Assembly (NCBI GenBank): GCA_052035195.1
Contig: JBPOHU010000001.1
Span: 104,031 to 168,030 of the forward strand
Origin: Candidatus Nomurabacteria bacterium
GTDB taxonomy: Bacteria > Patescibacteriota > Minisyncoccia > Phycocordibacterales > UBA9973
DNA length: 64,000 bases
Direction: 5' to 3'
Of the stretch, positions 8,730 through 18,793 are shown piece by piece. The position numbers and the translations under genes are program-made. Each line of letters opens with the position of its first letter. Position 1 is the first letter of the stretch. A model generated the notes under the pieces. That model searched no databases, was not told the DNA's origin, and was given only the letters and a program-made list of their open reading frames with translations.

Positions 8730-9914
8730 ATGAGAAATAGTACTTTAAAATCTGATTCAGAAGTGTCTAATCAAAATTTTCAAGAACAAAGTCATGTTTG
8801 GTCAAATGCCTGGCTGCCTCTTGATTTAGTTATTAAGTTTCCTCAAGTACGCAAAACCTTTGAAAAGGAATCATTGCAAGAGTTAGCTGATGATATAGCA
8901 AAAAATGGGCTTATACAGCCACCGATGATTGCTAAGTTATCAAAAGAAAATTTTGCAAAATATGTTGAAGTTTTTGAAAAAATATCAAAAACAAAACTTT
9001 TGCAATCAAGCTATCAATTTGAGGAAACTAATACTGGTGAAGTTTGGTATCATGTTTTAGTTGCCGGAGAACGTCGCTACAGAGCACATATGATTCTTTG
9101 GGAAACTGGTTGTACTGACTGCATAAATTCTGCAAGAGATAATAAAAAAACTCTTGAGAAAGGAGAATGCTTTTCAAAGCACTTTCCTCAGCAGTTAATG
9201 GAATCAAGGGTTGGTATTAATATTGACCCAGAAAAAGCAAAAAGTATTCAGTTTCGTGAAAATCATCATGTCAGACCTCCAGCCCATGAAGAAGCTTATG
9301 GTTACCGGGATTATTATGATCACCTGAAAACACTTAATCAAAAACTCACCCTTAAAGAATTTGCTGAAAGGGTAGGAGTTTCAGTTGAAAAAGTTCGGAG
9401 AGCCATATGGTTCTGTGAACTTCCAGACAGATTACGCCAAACAGTGGAAGACAAAATGATTTCGTACTCAAATGCCTTGGAGTTAAAACGTATCCTTCAA
9501 ATAGAAAGCATTGGTTTTAAAGAAAGAATTAAGATTATTAACAACGAAGTAGACTTCCTTCTTATTCATCAAAAGATAAAGAATGAAGATTACAAAAAGA
9601 GAGTCGATAATCTTATTTCTAGTTTTCAAATGCTAACATTGTTCGATACTAAAGAATTTGAAATGGGTAAAAAAGAGAAGCGCAAAGTAGTAAACGAAAA
9701 CCTACTTAAGGGTATTATCCTAATGAGGGGGTATATGACCAAGCTAAACGCTATTATTCCTATGGGAATTATTGGTAAAGGTAGGGTGTATTCAGGTATT
9801 TCTCCAACTAACCAGGTTAAGTTCATCGTTGAAGAGCTCCAAAAAATTATTCCCGGGTTTAAACCTACGAAGCAACAACTGGAACAATTCAAAAAAATTG
9901 ATTTAGACATTTAA
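8730..9914 (+). CDS. ParB/RepB/Spo0J-family protein with Cys/His-rich insert
   Basis: PQVRKTF, LQELADDIAKNGLIQP, AGERRYRA arginine patch, EN motif and HTH LTLKEFAERVGVSVEKVRRAI. Confidence 0.88.
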   Translation: MRNSTLKSDSEVSNQNFQEQSHVWSNAWLPLDLVIKFPQVRKTFEKESLQELADDIAKNGLIQPPMIAKLSKENFAKYVEVFEKISKTKLLQSSYQFEETNTGEVWYHVLVAGERRYRAHMILWETGCTDCINSARDNKKTLEKGECFSKHFPQQLMESRVGINIDPEKAKSIQFRENHHVRPPAHEEAYGYRDYYDHLKTLNQKLTLKEFAERVGVSVEKVRRAIWFCELPDRLRQTVEDKMISYSNALELKRILQIESIGFKERIKIINNEVDFLLIHQKIKNEDYKKRVDNLISSFQMLTLFDTKEFEMGKKEKRKVVNENLLKGIILMRGYMTKLNAIIPMGIIGKGRVYSGISPTNQVKFIVEELQKIIPGFKPTKQQLEQFKKIDLDI

Positions 9915-9939
9915 AACCCCTCATTCGTGAGGGGTTTTT
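9913..9939. terminator. bidirectional terminator between parB-like and trxB
   Basis: AAAACCCCTCA-ttcg-TGAGGGGTTTTT. Confidence 0.85.
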
Positions 9940-9942
9940 ATT

Positions 9943-10872
9943 TTATTTACTATGTTTTATCCAAAGATAAGCGTCTTCTATGGCTTTGACGGCGTCTCCT
10001 GCGGCAATATTGTTCTGGTGGTAGCGGATATTGGTGATATCTCCAGCAGCCCAAATACCTTCTATAGAAGTTCTTTGAGTCCAAGGGTCTATGATTATCT
10101 TACCTGTTTGGTCTATATCAACTATATCTTTCATAAAGCCACCATTAGATATTTGTCCTATCTCTACAAAAACCCCAGAGATATTTAACACTTCTTCTTG
10201 CCCGGTATTTTTGTGTAGTATCTTTATCCCAGAAACAAAATTTTCTCCCAAGACTTCTTGAGTATCAGCATCAGTGATGATGCGAACCTTTGGGTCTGAT
10301 TTTATTTTTTCTACTGTTATTTCATCTGCTTTGAAAGTAGAGTTTCGGTGAACTAGTGTCACGCTTTTACAATATGCAGAGAGTTGCGCTACTGTTTCAA
10401 AAGCAGCATTACCTCCACCAATCACAACAACATCCATACCAGAGAAAAGAGGGCCGTCACAAGAAGCACAATAAGTCAGACCTTTGTGTTCCAGTCTGTC
10501 AGCACCAAATGCTTCAAGCTTTCTACGGCTTGATCCAGCTGTTACCAAAAGCGCCTTGGATGAGAAAGTTTCTCCTGAATCAAGAGACACTTCAAAAGAG
10601 CCATTTTCCCGGGATACCGCTGTGACTGTCTTGCCTTGAGAAATCTCTACGTAAGAGCCTTTGTAGGCCTCTACGTGAGCTTTTAGGCTATTGGCTAGCT
10701 CTGCACCACTTATGTGGGGTGTACCAATCCAGTTTTGGATATCTTCAGAAACAATACTTTGACCACCAAATTCTTTTGCTACCAAAAGGGTTTTTATTTG
10801 TTTTCTAGCGGCATAAACAGCGGCACTACATCCTGCCGGTCCACCACCGATAATGATAAGTTCGTATGTCAT
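9943..10872 (-). CDS. trxB: thioredoxin reductase (TrxB / AhpF C-terminal-like)
   Basis: GGGPAG FAD motif, YCASCDG, GGGNAA and WAAGD. Confidence 0.92.
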   Translation of the reverse strand: MTYELIIIGGGPAGCSAAVYAARKQIKTLLVAKEFGGQSIVSEDIQNWIGTPHISGAELANSLKAHVEAYKGSYVEISQGKTVTAVSRENGSFEVSLDSGETFSSKALLVTAGSSRRKLEAFGADRLEHKGLTYCASCDGPLFSGMDVVVIGGGNAAFETVAQLSAYCKSVTLVHRNSTFKADEITVEKIKSDPKVRIITDADTQEVLGENFVSGIKILHKNTGQEEVLNISGVFVEIGQISNGGFMKDIVDIDQTGKIIIDPWTQRTSIEGIWAAGDITNIRYHQNNIAAGDAVKAIEDAYLWIKHSK

Positions 10873-10940
10873 AAACAAGATTATATCACAAAACAAAAAG
10901 CCCTCTTTTGAGGACTTTTTGCAAAATAGAGAGTATAGAA

Positions 10941-12110
10941 TTATTTCTTATTTCTTCGCAAGAATGCTGGTATTGCGCCCCAGTCTTCTTCAGTACCTTC
11001 ACCTTCAACTATTTCAGTATCTTCTGTACTTTTAATTTCTGGCTTTTGAACCATAGGATTTATTACTTCTTTTTTCTCTACTTCAGCAGGTCGTGAATTG
11101 TTGAAAAGTTGTTGTGCGGTTTGTCCAGCAAAAAGATTACTCTTTTTTGTGCCTTCTGTTGGGAAGCCCGTAGCTATAACAGTGATTTTCATTTCACCTT
11201 TTTTGATACGCTCATCAAATATGGTTCCGATAATCACACGAGCGTCTTTATCGATACTCTCTGTGATAACCTTAGCGGCTTCTTGGAATTCAGCCATAGT
11301 TAGGTCGTCATTTGTAGAGATGGCAAAGAGAACACCTTTTGCTCCATTGATTGAAATATCAAGAAGGGGAGAGTTGATAGCCTGAACAGCTGCTTTTTCT
11401 GCTCGATCTTCTCCAGAAGCAAATCCAACACCCATAAGAGCTGTTCCTGCATCTGTAAGAACGCTTTTCATATCAGCAAAGTCTACGTTGATGATACCAG
11501 GAGAAGAAATAAGTTCTGAAATTCCTTCAACTGCTTGTCTTAGAACTTCATCACACTTTGCAAAAGCATCTTTGAAAGTAGTGTCCTTACCAGCTATTGC
11601 TAGAAGTCTATCGTTTGGAATAACGATTATGGCGTCAACTTCTTGCTCAAGCTCTTCAATACCTTTGTCAGCAATGCGCATGCGTTGGTTGCCTTCAAAG
11701 AAGAAAGGCTTTGTAACAACAGCAACAGTTAGGATACCTTGTTCTTTTGCAGCACGAGCTACAACTGGAGCTCCTCCAGTACCAGTACCACCCCCCATAC
11801 CACAGGCGATAAATACCATATCAGCACCTTTAACGGCGTCTTGAACTTCTGCTTTTGTTTCTTCAGCAGCTCTCATACCAACCTCTGGATTCATACCAGC
11901 ACCAAGACCCTTGGTAAGGTTTTTACCTAGGTGAATTTTTTTCTCTGCAGCACTTTTGTGCAAGTCTTGCACATCAGTATTCATTACAATAAATTCAACA
12001 CTTTTAACCTTTGCATTTATCATGTGATTAATAGCGTTGCAACCAGAACCACCCACACCAATGACTTTGATGCGCGCAGCTGTTTCAATTTCAGGATTTA
12101 TTTTGGCCAT
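10941..12110 (-). CDS. ftsZ: cell division protein FtsZ
   Basis: GMGGGTGTG tubulin motif, INVDFAD, C-terminal IPAFLRR. Confidence 0.98.
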   Translation of the reverse strand: MAKINPEIETAARIKVIGVGGSGCNAINHMINAKVKSVEFIVMNTDVQDLHKSAAEKKIHLGKNLTKGLGAGMNPEVGMRAAEETKAEVQDAVKGADMVFIACGMGGGTGTGGAPVVARAAKEQGILTVAVVTKPFFFEGNQRMRIADKGIEELEQEVDAIIVIPNDRLLAIAGKDTTFKDAFAKCDEVLRQAVEGISELISSPGIINVDFADMKSVLTDAGTALMGVGFASGEDRAEKAAVQAINSPLLDISINGAKGVLFAISTNDDLTMAEFQEAAKVITESIDKDARVIIGTIFDERIKKGEMKITVIATGFPTEGTKKSNLFAGQTAQQLFNNSRPAEVEKKEVINPMVQKPEIKSTEDTEIVEGEGTEEDWGAIPAFLRRNKK

Positions 12111-12211
12111 AACATTCTCCTTTTTTCTTCCACTTATTACTATACCGAACATAGTACCAGAGTGTAGAAAAAGGGCAATGGATATTGACTAAAAAGTACT
12201 TTACTGTTGTA

Positions 12212-13375
12212 TTAAGGCATTAATTGCTTAAAGAAGTTTTTGATGACAGCAACGAATCCTTCACCTGCATTATTTAATGATTGTTTATTTTGTTTTCCTC
12301 CTATTTCAGAATTTGTAGAAGCTAAAGCATAGGCTACAAGAAGCTTTTGATCTTTTATTATTCCTTTTGTACTTGGAATATCAAAGTGTCCAATACGAAC
12401 AGGTATCTTAAGCATTGTTTTAGCAACACTTTCTATGTTATGAAGATTTGACCCACCTCCAATAATAATAGCTCCGGCTGGAAGTAATCCACTGCGACCC
12501 ATTTTTTTCAAATATTTGTCTACTAGTTCAAAAATATCAGAAAGTCGAGCTTCTACTATCTCATCTATTTTCTTTTTAGGTACTGATTGGAAGTTAACAA
12601 CACCTGTTTTGATACTTTCTGCTTCTTCTGGGGTGATACGGAGGCCGAGTGCTAAGTCTTTTGTAATATTTAAAGATCCAATATCAAAAACATGTAAAGA
12701 GATAAGAGTATTGTTTTCAAAAACTGATACAGAAACTGTTTCAGCTCCAATATCTATAAGCGCACAACCAAAATTTCTTTGTAAATCTGTCAGTAGTAGA
12801 GACTGAGCAGATAGAGGAGTTGCAGTAAAACCTAAAACTTTTATTCCGGCATCTCCTATAACACCAAGCAAATCATCTAGATGTTGTTGGAAACATGTTA
12901 TAAACAAAGTTCTCACTTCTAATTTCAAACCTTCTATTCCTTCTGGTCTAACAGGGTATTCTTTGCCATCTATTTTGAAAGAAACAGGGTAAGCGTGAAG
13001 CATTACTTTATTTTTAAGTTCAAGAGAAACCTCTGCATCGCTTATAGCTTTCTCTATATCTAGTTTTGAGATTATTCCATCTGCTCTTGAAACAATAGAA
13101 GACCCTACAGAGTATTGGGCGTCGAGGCCTATACCACCAATAGCAATATTTGCTTGTTTGATTTTGATTCCACTATTAACCTCTGCATCACGAATTGCCT
13201 TTTTAAGACTAGTTAAAACTGCATCTCGATTTACTACATAACCATGTCTAACTCCTTGAGTTTCAGAAATACCAAAGCCGAGTATCGCTGGGCTAGCATC
13301 AACGCGTTGTTCACATACAACAACTCGTGTAGTAGAAGTACCTATATCAATACCAACAGTTATAATTTGTTTCAT
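12212..13375 (-). CDS. ftsA: cell division protein FtsA
   Basis: IDIGTS, IDIGAET, AESIK and GGGS actin-fold motifs; directly upstream of ftsZ. Confidence 0.93.
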   Translation of the reverse strand: MKQIITVGIDIGTSTTRVVVCEQRVDASPAILGFGISETQGVRHGYVVNRDAVLTSLKKAIRDAEVNSGIKIKQANIAIGGIGLDAQYSVGSSIVSRADGIISKLDIEKAISDAEVSLELKNKVMLHAYPVSFKIDGKEYPVRPEGIEGLKLEVRTLFITCFQQHLDDLLGVIGDAGIKVLGFTATPLSAQSLLLTDLQRNFGCALIDIGAETVSVSVFENNTLISLHVFDIGSLNITKDLALGLRITPEEAESIKTGVVNFQSVPKKKIDEIVEARLSDIFELVDKYLKKMGRSGLLPAGAIIIGGGSNLHNIESVAKTMLKIPVRIGHFDIPSTKGIIKDQKLLVAYALASTNSEIGGKQNKQSLNNAGEGFVAVIKNFFKQLMP

Positions 13376-13383
13376 TTTTTATT

Positions 13384-13773
13384 TTACAAACGGAAAAAAG
13401 CAAAATAATGTTGCTCCTTGTCTTCCATTGTACTCCCATGAACGAATCCTTTCAAATGCAACATGCTGTGGATGAGTAAAAAAATAAGATAATTGTTATA
13501 AGTGAGATTAAATTTTTTGTATTCTTTTTTAATTGCAGGTATACACATAACTATTTCTCCACTTTTTTTTGTTAAAGAAAAAGAAAGAGTGTTAGGTATA
13601 TATGTTTTGTTGCGATGTTTTTTATTTAAAGATTTTGCTGTTTTTTCATCAACAAAAGAAACAGATAGGTCATAAGACTTACCTAAAACTTTTTCTTTGA
13701 TAGCCAAAAATGGCACGCGAGGGAGCGTGCCATTTTTATTTACTATTAGATTCTTTTCTTCAAGAAGAGCCAT
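13384..13773 (-). CDS. ybeY: rRNA maturation RNase YbeY
   Basis: LNKKHRNK, NTLSF and IHSMLHLKGFVH (H3xH5xH). Confidence 0.9.
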   Translation of the reverse strand: MALLEEKNLIVNKNGTLPRVPFLAIKEKVLGKSYDLSVSFVDEKTAKSLNKKHRNKTYIPNTLSFSLTKKSGEIVMCIPAIKKEYKKFNLTYNNYLIFLLIHSMLHLKGFVHGSTMEDKEQHYFAFFRL

Positions 13774-13781
13774 TTTATAGA

Positions 13782-14018
13782 TTATCGTGACTCACGAGTT
13801 TCCATTTTTCCTAGCTTTTTAAGCTTTTCTACTTCTGCTCGACGAGCGATTCTTCGTAGGGCTACTACTTTTTCAGAAAGTTTAGACATTGGTCGCTCAC
13901 TGTAGCGCTTGCCCTTAACTTTTATGATGATTCCAGACTCCTGGATCTTACGAGTAAAACGTCGGATCAAGTTTGTCGCGTTTTCGTGCTCGTTTTTCTT
14001 TAGTTCGACATTTATCAT
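13782..14018 (-). CDS. rpsU: 30S ribosomal protein bS21-like
   Basis: NVELKKNEHENATNLIRRFTRKIQESGII...KRYSERP, bS21 pattern. Confidence 0.7.
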   Translation of the reverse strand: MINVELKKNEHENATNLIRRFTRKIQESGIIIKVKGKRYSERPMSKLSEKVVALRRIARRAEVEKLKKLGKMETRESR

Positions 14019-14080
14019 TGGCATGGGCGTTATCGTACCACGAGAGCCTTGTAAGCGCAATACTTAGCTATAAAATAGGC

Positions 14081-15934
14081 CTATAAACGAGCAGGATTTA
14101 TCAAAAAAGTATAAGGAAATCGTAGTTCTTGCAAAAAGGCTTGTATTTCATCGCAGTTTTCTTGAATGAAGTTTTCTTCTCTTTGAATAATCCAAACACA
14201 TAAAAGCTTCATACTATCTGGACTTATACGGCGAACTGGCAGGAGCGTTATGTCACTTTTATCGAAGAAATTCTCTATTTTTTGCACCAAGATCTCTCTG
14301 TGAGCACTTGGAACCGTTATTGACAACTTCATTAGAGAACCAAATGGCGGATATTTTAAAAGAGTGCGAGATTCCATGTCGTTATCAATAATTTCTTGAA
14401 TCTTTTTTGTTGCTAACTGTTTTGTAATAATAAAATCCGGTTTTTTTGTACAAAGAATCAGAGTGTCTTTTACTTTTTCATTACAAACCATGATAAGCCT
14501 GAGAACTTCTTCTATAGCAAATGGTGATGGGATAGATAAAAGTCGATCAAAAAAAGGAATAGCGATGAAATCAACTTGTTTTATATAAGGAAGCATTTTT
14601 TGAGTTCCAACCATAACAAACCATTTTTGTTTTTGTATTTCAGAGAGTAGTCCATCTACATTTTTTGAATCAGGGGCTATGTCATCGTCTATTGTTATTA
14701 TGTTTGAAGGTTCAATGATATTTGATAATGCTTCATAAATACTTTCTGTGCCTACAGAAACAGGGGTAATATTCCAACTAGCACAGTAGTCACAAACGTG
14801 TGTAGTAGGTAAGGTGTCTCCACAATTTGTACAGATAAAAATCCTCTGACGAGTTCCATCTACTGTTTTGTAGCGAAGCACTACTGGTAGTCCACAAGTC
14901 TTACAATCAACACTAGTTCCACAATCAGCACATCTAGATATAGGGGCCAATCCTTTTCTGTTTGTATAAATAAAAAGACTTTTCTTGTTTTTTTGACAAT
15001 ACCTGACAAGTTCTATCGTTTCTGTTGGAAGTATTGTTCTATATGTCTCTGTTGGTACTATTACGAGTTTTTCCGGAGTAAATGATCTAGCTAGGTGCAT
15101 AGAGTTTGATTTATATAATGTCTCAAACCTAGGAAGAGTGTCTCCAAAAACTATATTTAAGTTCAAAGATTGATAGATAGACTCTATCACTATTCGCATA
15201 TCTGCTTCATACCGATCACTTGTTTTATAAAGAGAACTAGTCTCATCTTCAAGGATGATAGTGGAGATATCATTTCTAGGAACACATGAGTACTGAGGTG
15301 TAGTACATATAAAAAGAGGTCTTTCAGAATTTTTTATTGTAGTTAGTGCGTTTTTTTGATCACGTTTTGTTATTTTGCTATGCAATATGACACTATGAGA
15401 AGTGATACCTTTTTGTAGAGAGTTATACCAATACTCAACAGACCGAATAGAAGGAGCTACTAAAACAATACTTTTCTTTTCAGCAAATGCTTCTCTGATA
15501 ATCCTTTTGTAATTATCTACTCTATCTAAAACGATTCCGTACACAGCCTTAGGAGGCTTTTTTTCTTCTTCTACTATTTCTATACTTGGTATTTTTTGAA
15601 ATATATCTATATAAGCATCATTTATAACAATACCCGCAAGAGATCCAATAGGTGTTAATGTTTTAGTACTTGCTGTACGCAAGCCTTCTATCAGAGCTCC
15701 ATAATAAGAAGAAAATCCTATAACTGATTTTATTTTCTTTAAAGAAAAAGTGGCTTGTTTGATACTGGTTTTTGCTTCTATCAAAGAAGTGCTTTCATAA
15801 ACTATCCCTTTGATAGCTTGTTTTCCAAGTGGAATCTCTATCAAAGTTCCAGGCGAAAGAGCGTCAGCACTATAATAACTAAGTGTGTTAAAGGGGATAC
15901 CTCTTGAAATTGGAATAACTGAAAGTATATACAT
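14081..15934 (-). CDS. priA: primosomal protein N' (PriA), degenerate helicase motifs
   Basis: N-terminal 3'-DNA-binding domain, NRKG followed by four CxxC pairs, KYPPF. Confidence 0.85.
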   Translation of the reverse strand: MYILSVIPISRGIPFNTLSYYSADALSPGTLIEIPLGKQAIKGIVYESTSLIEAKTSIKQATFSLKKIKSVIGFSSYYGALIEGLRTASTKTLTPIGSLAGIVINDAYIDIFQKIPSIEIVEEEKKPPKAVYGIVLDRVDNYKRIIREAFAEKKSIVLVAPSIRSVEYWYNSLQKGITSHSVILHSKITKRDQKNALTTIKNSERPLFICTTPQYSCVPRNDISTIILEDETSSLYKTSDRYEADMRIVIESIYQSLNLNIVFGDTLPRFETLYKSNSMHLARSFTPEKLVIVPTETYRTILPTETIELVRYCQKNKKSLFIYTNRKGLAPISRCADCGTSVDCKTCGLPVVLRYKTVDGTRQRIFICTNCGDTLPTTHVCDYCASWNITPVSVGTESIYEALSNIIEPSNIITIDDDIAPDSKNVDGLLSEIQKQKWFVMVGTQKMLPYIKQVDFIAIPFFDRLLSIPSPFAIEEVLRLIMVCNEKVKDTLILCTKKPDFIITKQLATKKIQEIIDNDMESRTLLKYPPFGSLMKLSITVPSAHREILVQKIENFFDKSDITLLPVRRISPDSMKLLCVWIIQREENFIQENCDEIQAFLQELRFPYTFLINPARL

Positions 15935-15982
15935 CGATATCTTGGGCCTAGTACTCTTATGCTACTATAATAGTACAGTATC

Positions 15983-17002
15983 ATGTGGAACTTTCCTGTG
16001 GCAAAAAAAATAGGTATTGATTTGGGTACCACAAACACCCTGGTTTTTGTTTCTGGCAAGGGGATAGTGCTAAATGAGCCTACGGTTGTAGCTGTAAACC
16101 AAGCAACAAAAAAGGTTGAGGCTATAGGACTTGAAGCAAAAGCCATGCTTGGAAAGACGCCAGACTCAATAGTTGTTTATCGACCAATGCAAGACGGAGC
16201 TATAGCTGACTATCATGTCACGCTCTCAATGCTTAAATATTTTATTACAAAAGCCTTAGGGAAAAATTCTTTTTTCAAGCCTGATGTTTTAGTTTCAGTT
16301 CCGGCTGGTATTAGTAGTACTGAACGTCGCGCTGTTATTGAAGCTACTATAAAAGCTGGGGCCAAAAGTGCTGTTTTAGTGAAAGAGCCTATTCTTGCAG
16401 CTCTTGGTGCAGGAGTAACTATCAATGAACCTCGTGGCCACATGGTTATCGACATAGGAGGAGGCACTACAGACGTAGCTGTTATATCTTTGGGAGGAGT
16501 TGTTGCTTCAACTTCTGTTAAATGTGCAGGAAACAAAATAGATAAAGCTATCGCTGAATATCTAAGAAAAGCCTACAACGTTTCTATTGGAGACCAAACC
16601 GCGGAAGATGTGAAAAAGACTTTGTGTTCAGCTTTAGTGGTAAATCCTGATGTAAAAGGAGATGTAAAAGGTAGAGATATTGTTTCTGGTCTTCCAAAAA
16701 CAGTGACTATTTCAACAAATGAATTAGTAAAAGCTATTGATTACGAATTGAAACAAATAGTTAAGGCTATAAAAGAAGTACTACAACAAACTCCTCCAGA
16801 ACTAGCATCAGATATTATTGATCACGGTATTGTAATGACTGGTGGAACAAGTCAGCTTAAAAATTTAGATAACCTAATAGCTAACCAAACAGGAGTTTCT
16901 GTGAGAGTAGCAGACGAATCTCTGTATTGTGTTGTTAATGGTACAGGAGTACTACTAGCACACTTAGCTGATTATCAGCGTTCTATTTTAGCTAAAAGAT
17001 AA
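15983..17002 (+). CDS. mreB: rod shape-determining protein MreB
   Basis: IDLGTTNT, EPILAALG, DIGGGTTD and TPPELASDI. Confidence 0.96.
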   Translation: MWNFPVAKKIGIDLGTTNTLVFVSGKGIVLNEPTVVAVNQATKKVEAIGLEAKAMLGKTPDSIVVYRPMQDGAIADYHVTLSMLKYFITKALGKNSFFKPDVLVSVPAGISSTERRAVIEATIKAGAKSAVLVKEPILAALGAGVTINEPRGHMVIDIGGGTTDVAVISLGGVVASTSVKCAGNKIDKAIAEYLRKAYNVSIGDQTAEDVKKTLCSALVVNPDVKGDVKGRDIVSGLPKTVTISTNELVKAIDYELKQIVKAIKEVLQQTPPELASDIIDHGIVMTGGTSQLKNLDNLIANQTGVSVRVADESLYCVVNGTGVLLAHLADYQRSILAKR

Positions 17003-17015
17003 TTCTCAAAAAAAT

Positions 17016-17624
17016 ATGCATGAGACTCTTGCAAAACTCGCACCGCAACAAGTTTTCTTAATTCAAGGAAATAGAAATACATTTGAATCTCTTTTTAATG
17101 ATTTAAAAAACAATTCAAGTTCTATTGAAGGGGAGATGCTTTCTCGTTTTACAATGGAAGATGCGAATAATATTGTCTCTTTCAACCTACAAAGAGGGGC
17201 AGGGTCTTGGTACGTTGTTTATTTTGATGTTTTTGTAAATGATGCATCACAAGTACTTCTAAAAACCCTAGAAGAACCTAACGAAGGTGTAAATATTGTT
17301 TTCATCACCCCGCACCCATACTTGATACCTCAAACTATTCGCTCTAGAGCGAGACTTATGAGTATTGATTTACAAAGTGAAATACCAAGCTATCTCTCTT
17401 CAAAAAAAGATATCGTTGAGTACGTAAAAGAAGTTTTTGGAGATGATAGTGTCGAGGCTTCTATTCGTAGAGCAGAAGCTACGGTATTTTTAGACCAATT
17501 GGAACAATACTTCAAAGATAGTCCAGAAAAAATAAAATACATTTACGAAGTCAAAGACATGCTTTTCAAAGCCAATATGCCGACCAAGCAGGTAATAGAG
17601 TACTTAATTTCAATGATTTATTAG
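17016..17624 (+). CDS. holB: DNA polymerase III delta-prime-like subunit (short, divergent)
   Basis: SQVLLKTLEEP and PQTIRSRA clamp-loader motifs. Confidence 0.7.
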   Translation: MHETLAKLAPQQVFLIQGNRNTFESLFNDLKNNSSSIEGEMLSRFTMEDANNIVSFNLQRGAGSWYVVYFDVFVNDASQVLLKTLEEPNEGVNIVFITPHPYLIPQTIRSRARLMSIDLQSEIPSYLSSKKDIVEYVKEVFGDDSVEASIRRAEATVFLDQLEQYFKDSPEKIKYIYEVKDMLFKANMPTKQVIEYLISMIY

Positions 17625-17804
17625 CTTTTTGGCATAAAAAGCTTCATTTATAAGGGGTTTTTACTATTGACAAATCTATATTTATATAGTATACTATATA
17701 TGAATCGTCCGCAAACCAGTGGGACGTAAAAGATATCTGCGGATATCCACGTGGTGATTAAAAACCATAGAAGAACTGGATTGTTGTTTTAAAAATTATT
17801 GAAC

Positions 17805-18674
17805 ATGAAAAAGAAAAGAATTATCCTGTTTATCGCAATGATCCTTGGATGCATTGCTTTCCCTATCTTTTTTTGGAAATCATTGAGTGTCTGGCTAACC
17901 CCGTTGTTTCCGATCGCATTGACGCTTTATGTTTGTGCAATCAAAAAATACCGGAGATGGGTCTATGTAGAGGAATTGAAAGGAAACATTTTCCTGTACA
18001 TTACTCTTGTAGCAGCCTTGGTCAGTACCACTCTGCAGTTCTGGCAGCAGATTATCATTACCCTTTCTCAATTCATAAAATATATGAATGAACCAGCCTT
18101 TATTTGGGTAATGGGAATTCTCGCTATTCTCGTAGTTATTGCACTCGTTGTGCTTATCATAAGAGAGTATCGAGAAAAGAAGGCTGACAAAAAAAGAGCA
18201 TTAGTGTGTAAAGCACAAAATGCTGCTGACGAAATTAAAAGGCAAACCAAAAATGAAGAGCGGAAAAAGATGAAAGAAGAGGGGCAACAAATGCTCCGTG
18301 CACTCATGATCAAAAGCTCAGAACTATCCTGGAAAGACCTGTTAAAGATTATGGACAAAGGAGTCCAAATTCCCGATGAGATGGTGTTGCGTGCAAACTT
18401 CTTTGACTTAATTGAAGTGTCGAATGTGAAGAATCAAATCTTCTACAATCCTCATTTGATCAGACAAATGGTCTCTGCGCTCGGTCAGGCGGCAGATGAT
18501 TGTCACAATGACAGTCATTTGCAAAGAGTAAGGGTTCAACTGGAAAAGTTGAGAACCTTGAGCCCTTATCTCGGATATAATAGTCTTATGGCTATTTTCA
18601 GAAAAAATGAGTATCTCCTGAATACCTTCGGGAATATACACTGGCTTGAAAAAGAAAGCGTAAATGTTCAATGA
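17805..18674 (+). CDS. hypothetical multi-pass membrane protein (ORFan unit)
   Basis: About four TM segments, then coiled coil; own TTGACA-17-TATACT promoter and terminator at 18684-18710. Confidence 0.75.
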   Translation: MKKKRIILFIAMILGCIAFPIFFWKSLSVWLTPLFPIALTLYVCAIKKYRRWVYVEELKGNIFLYITLVAALVSTTLQFWQQIIITLSQFIKYMNEPAFIWVMGILAILVVIALVVLIIREYREKKADKKRALVCKAQNAADEIKRQTKNEERKKMKEEGQQMLRALMIKSSELSWKDLLKIMDKGVQIPDEMVLRANFFDLIEVSNVKNQIFYNPHLIRQMVSALGQAADDCHNDSHLQRVRVQLEKLRTLSPYLGYNSLMAIFRKNEYLLNTFGNIHWLEKESVNVQ

Positions 18675-18793
18675 TGTTATGCGATCCCCTCTGTAAAGAG
18701 GGGATTTTTTATTTGCTCCGAACTTGGGACGATGTTCGAATTTATTTGGTAAATAAAAAAAGCCTCTATTTTATAAGGCTTTTTATTGCGATC

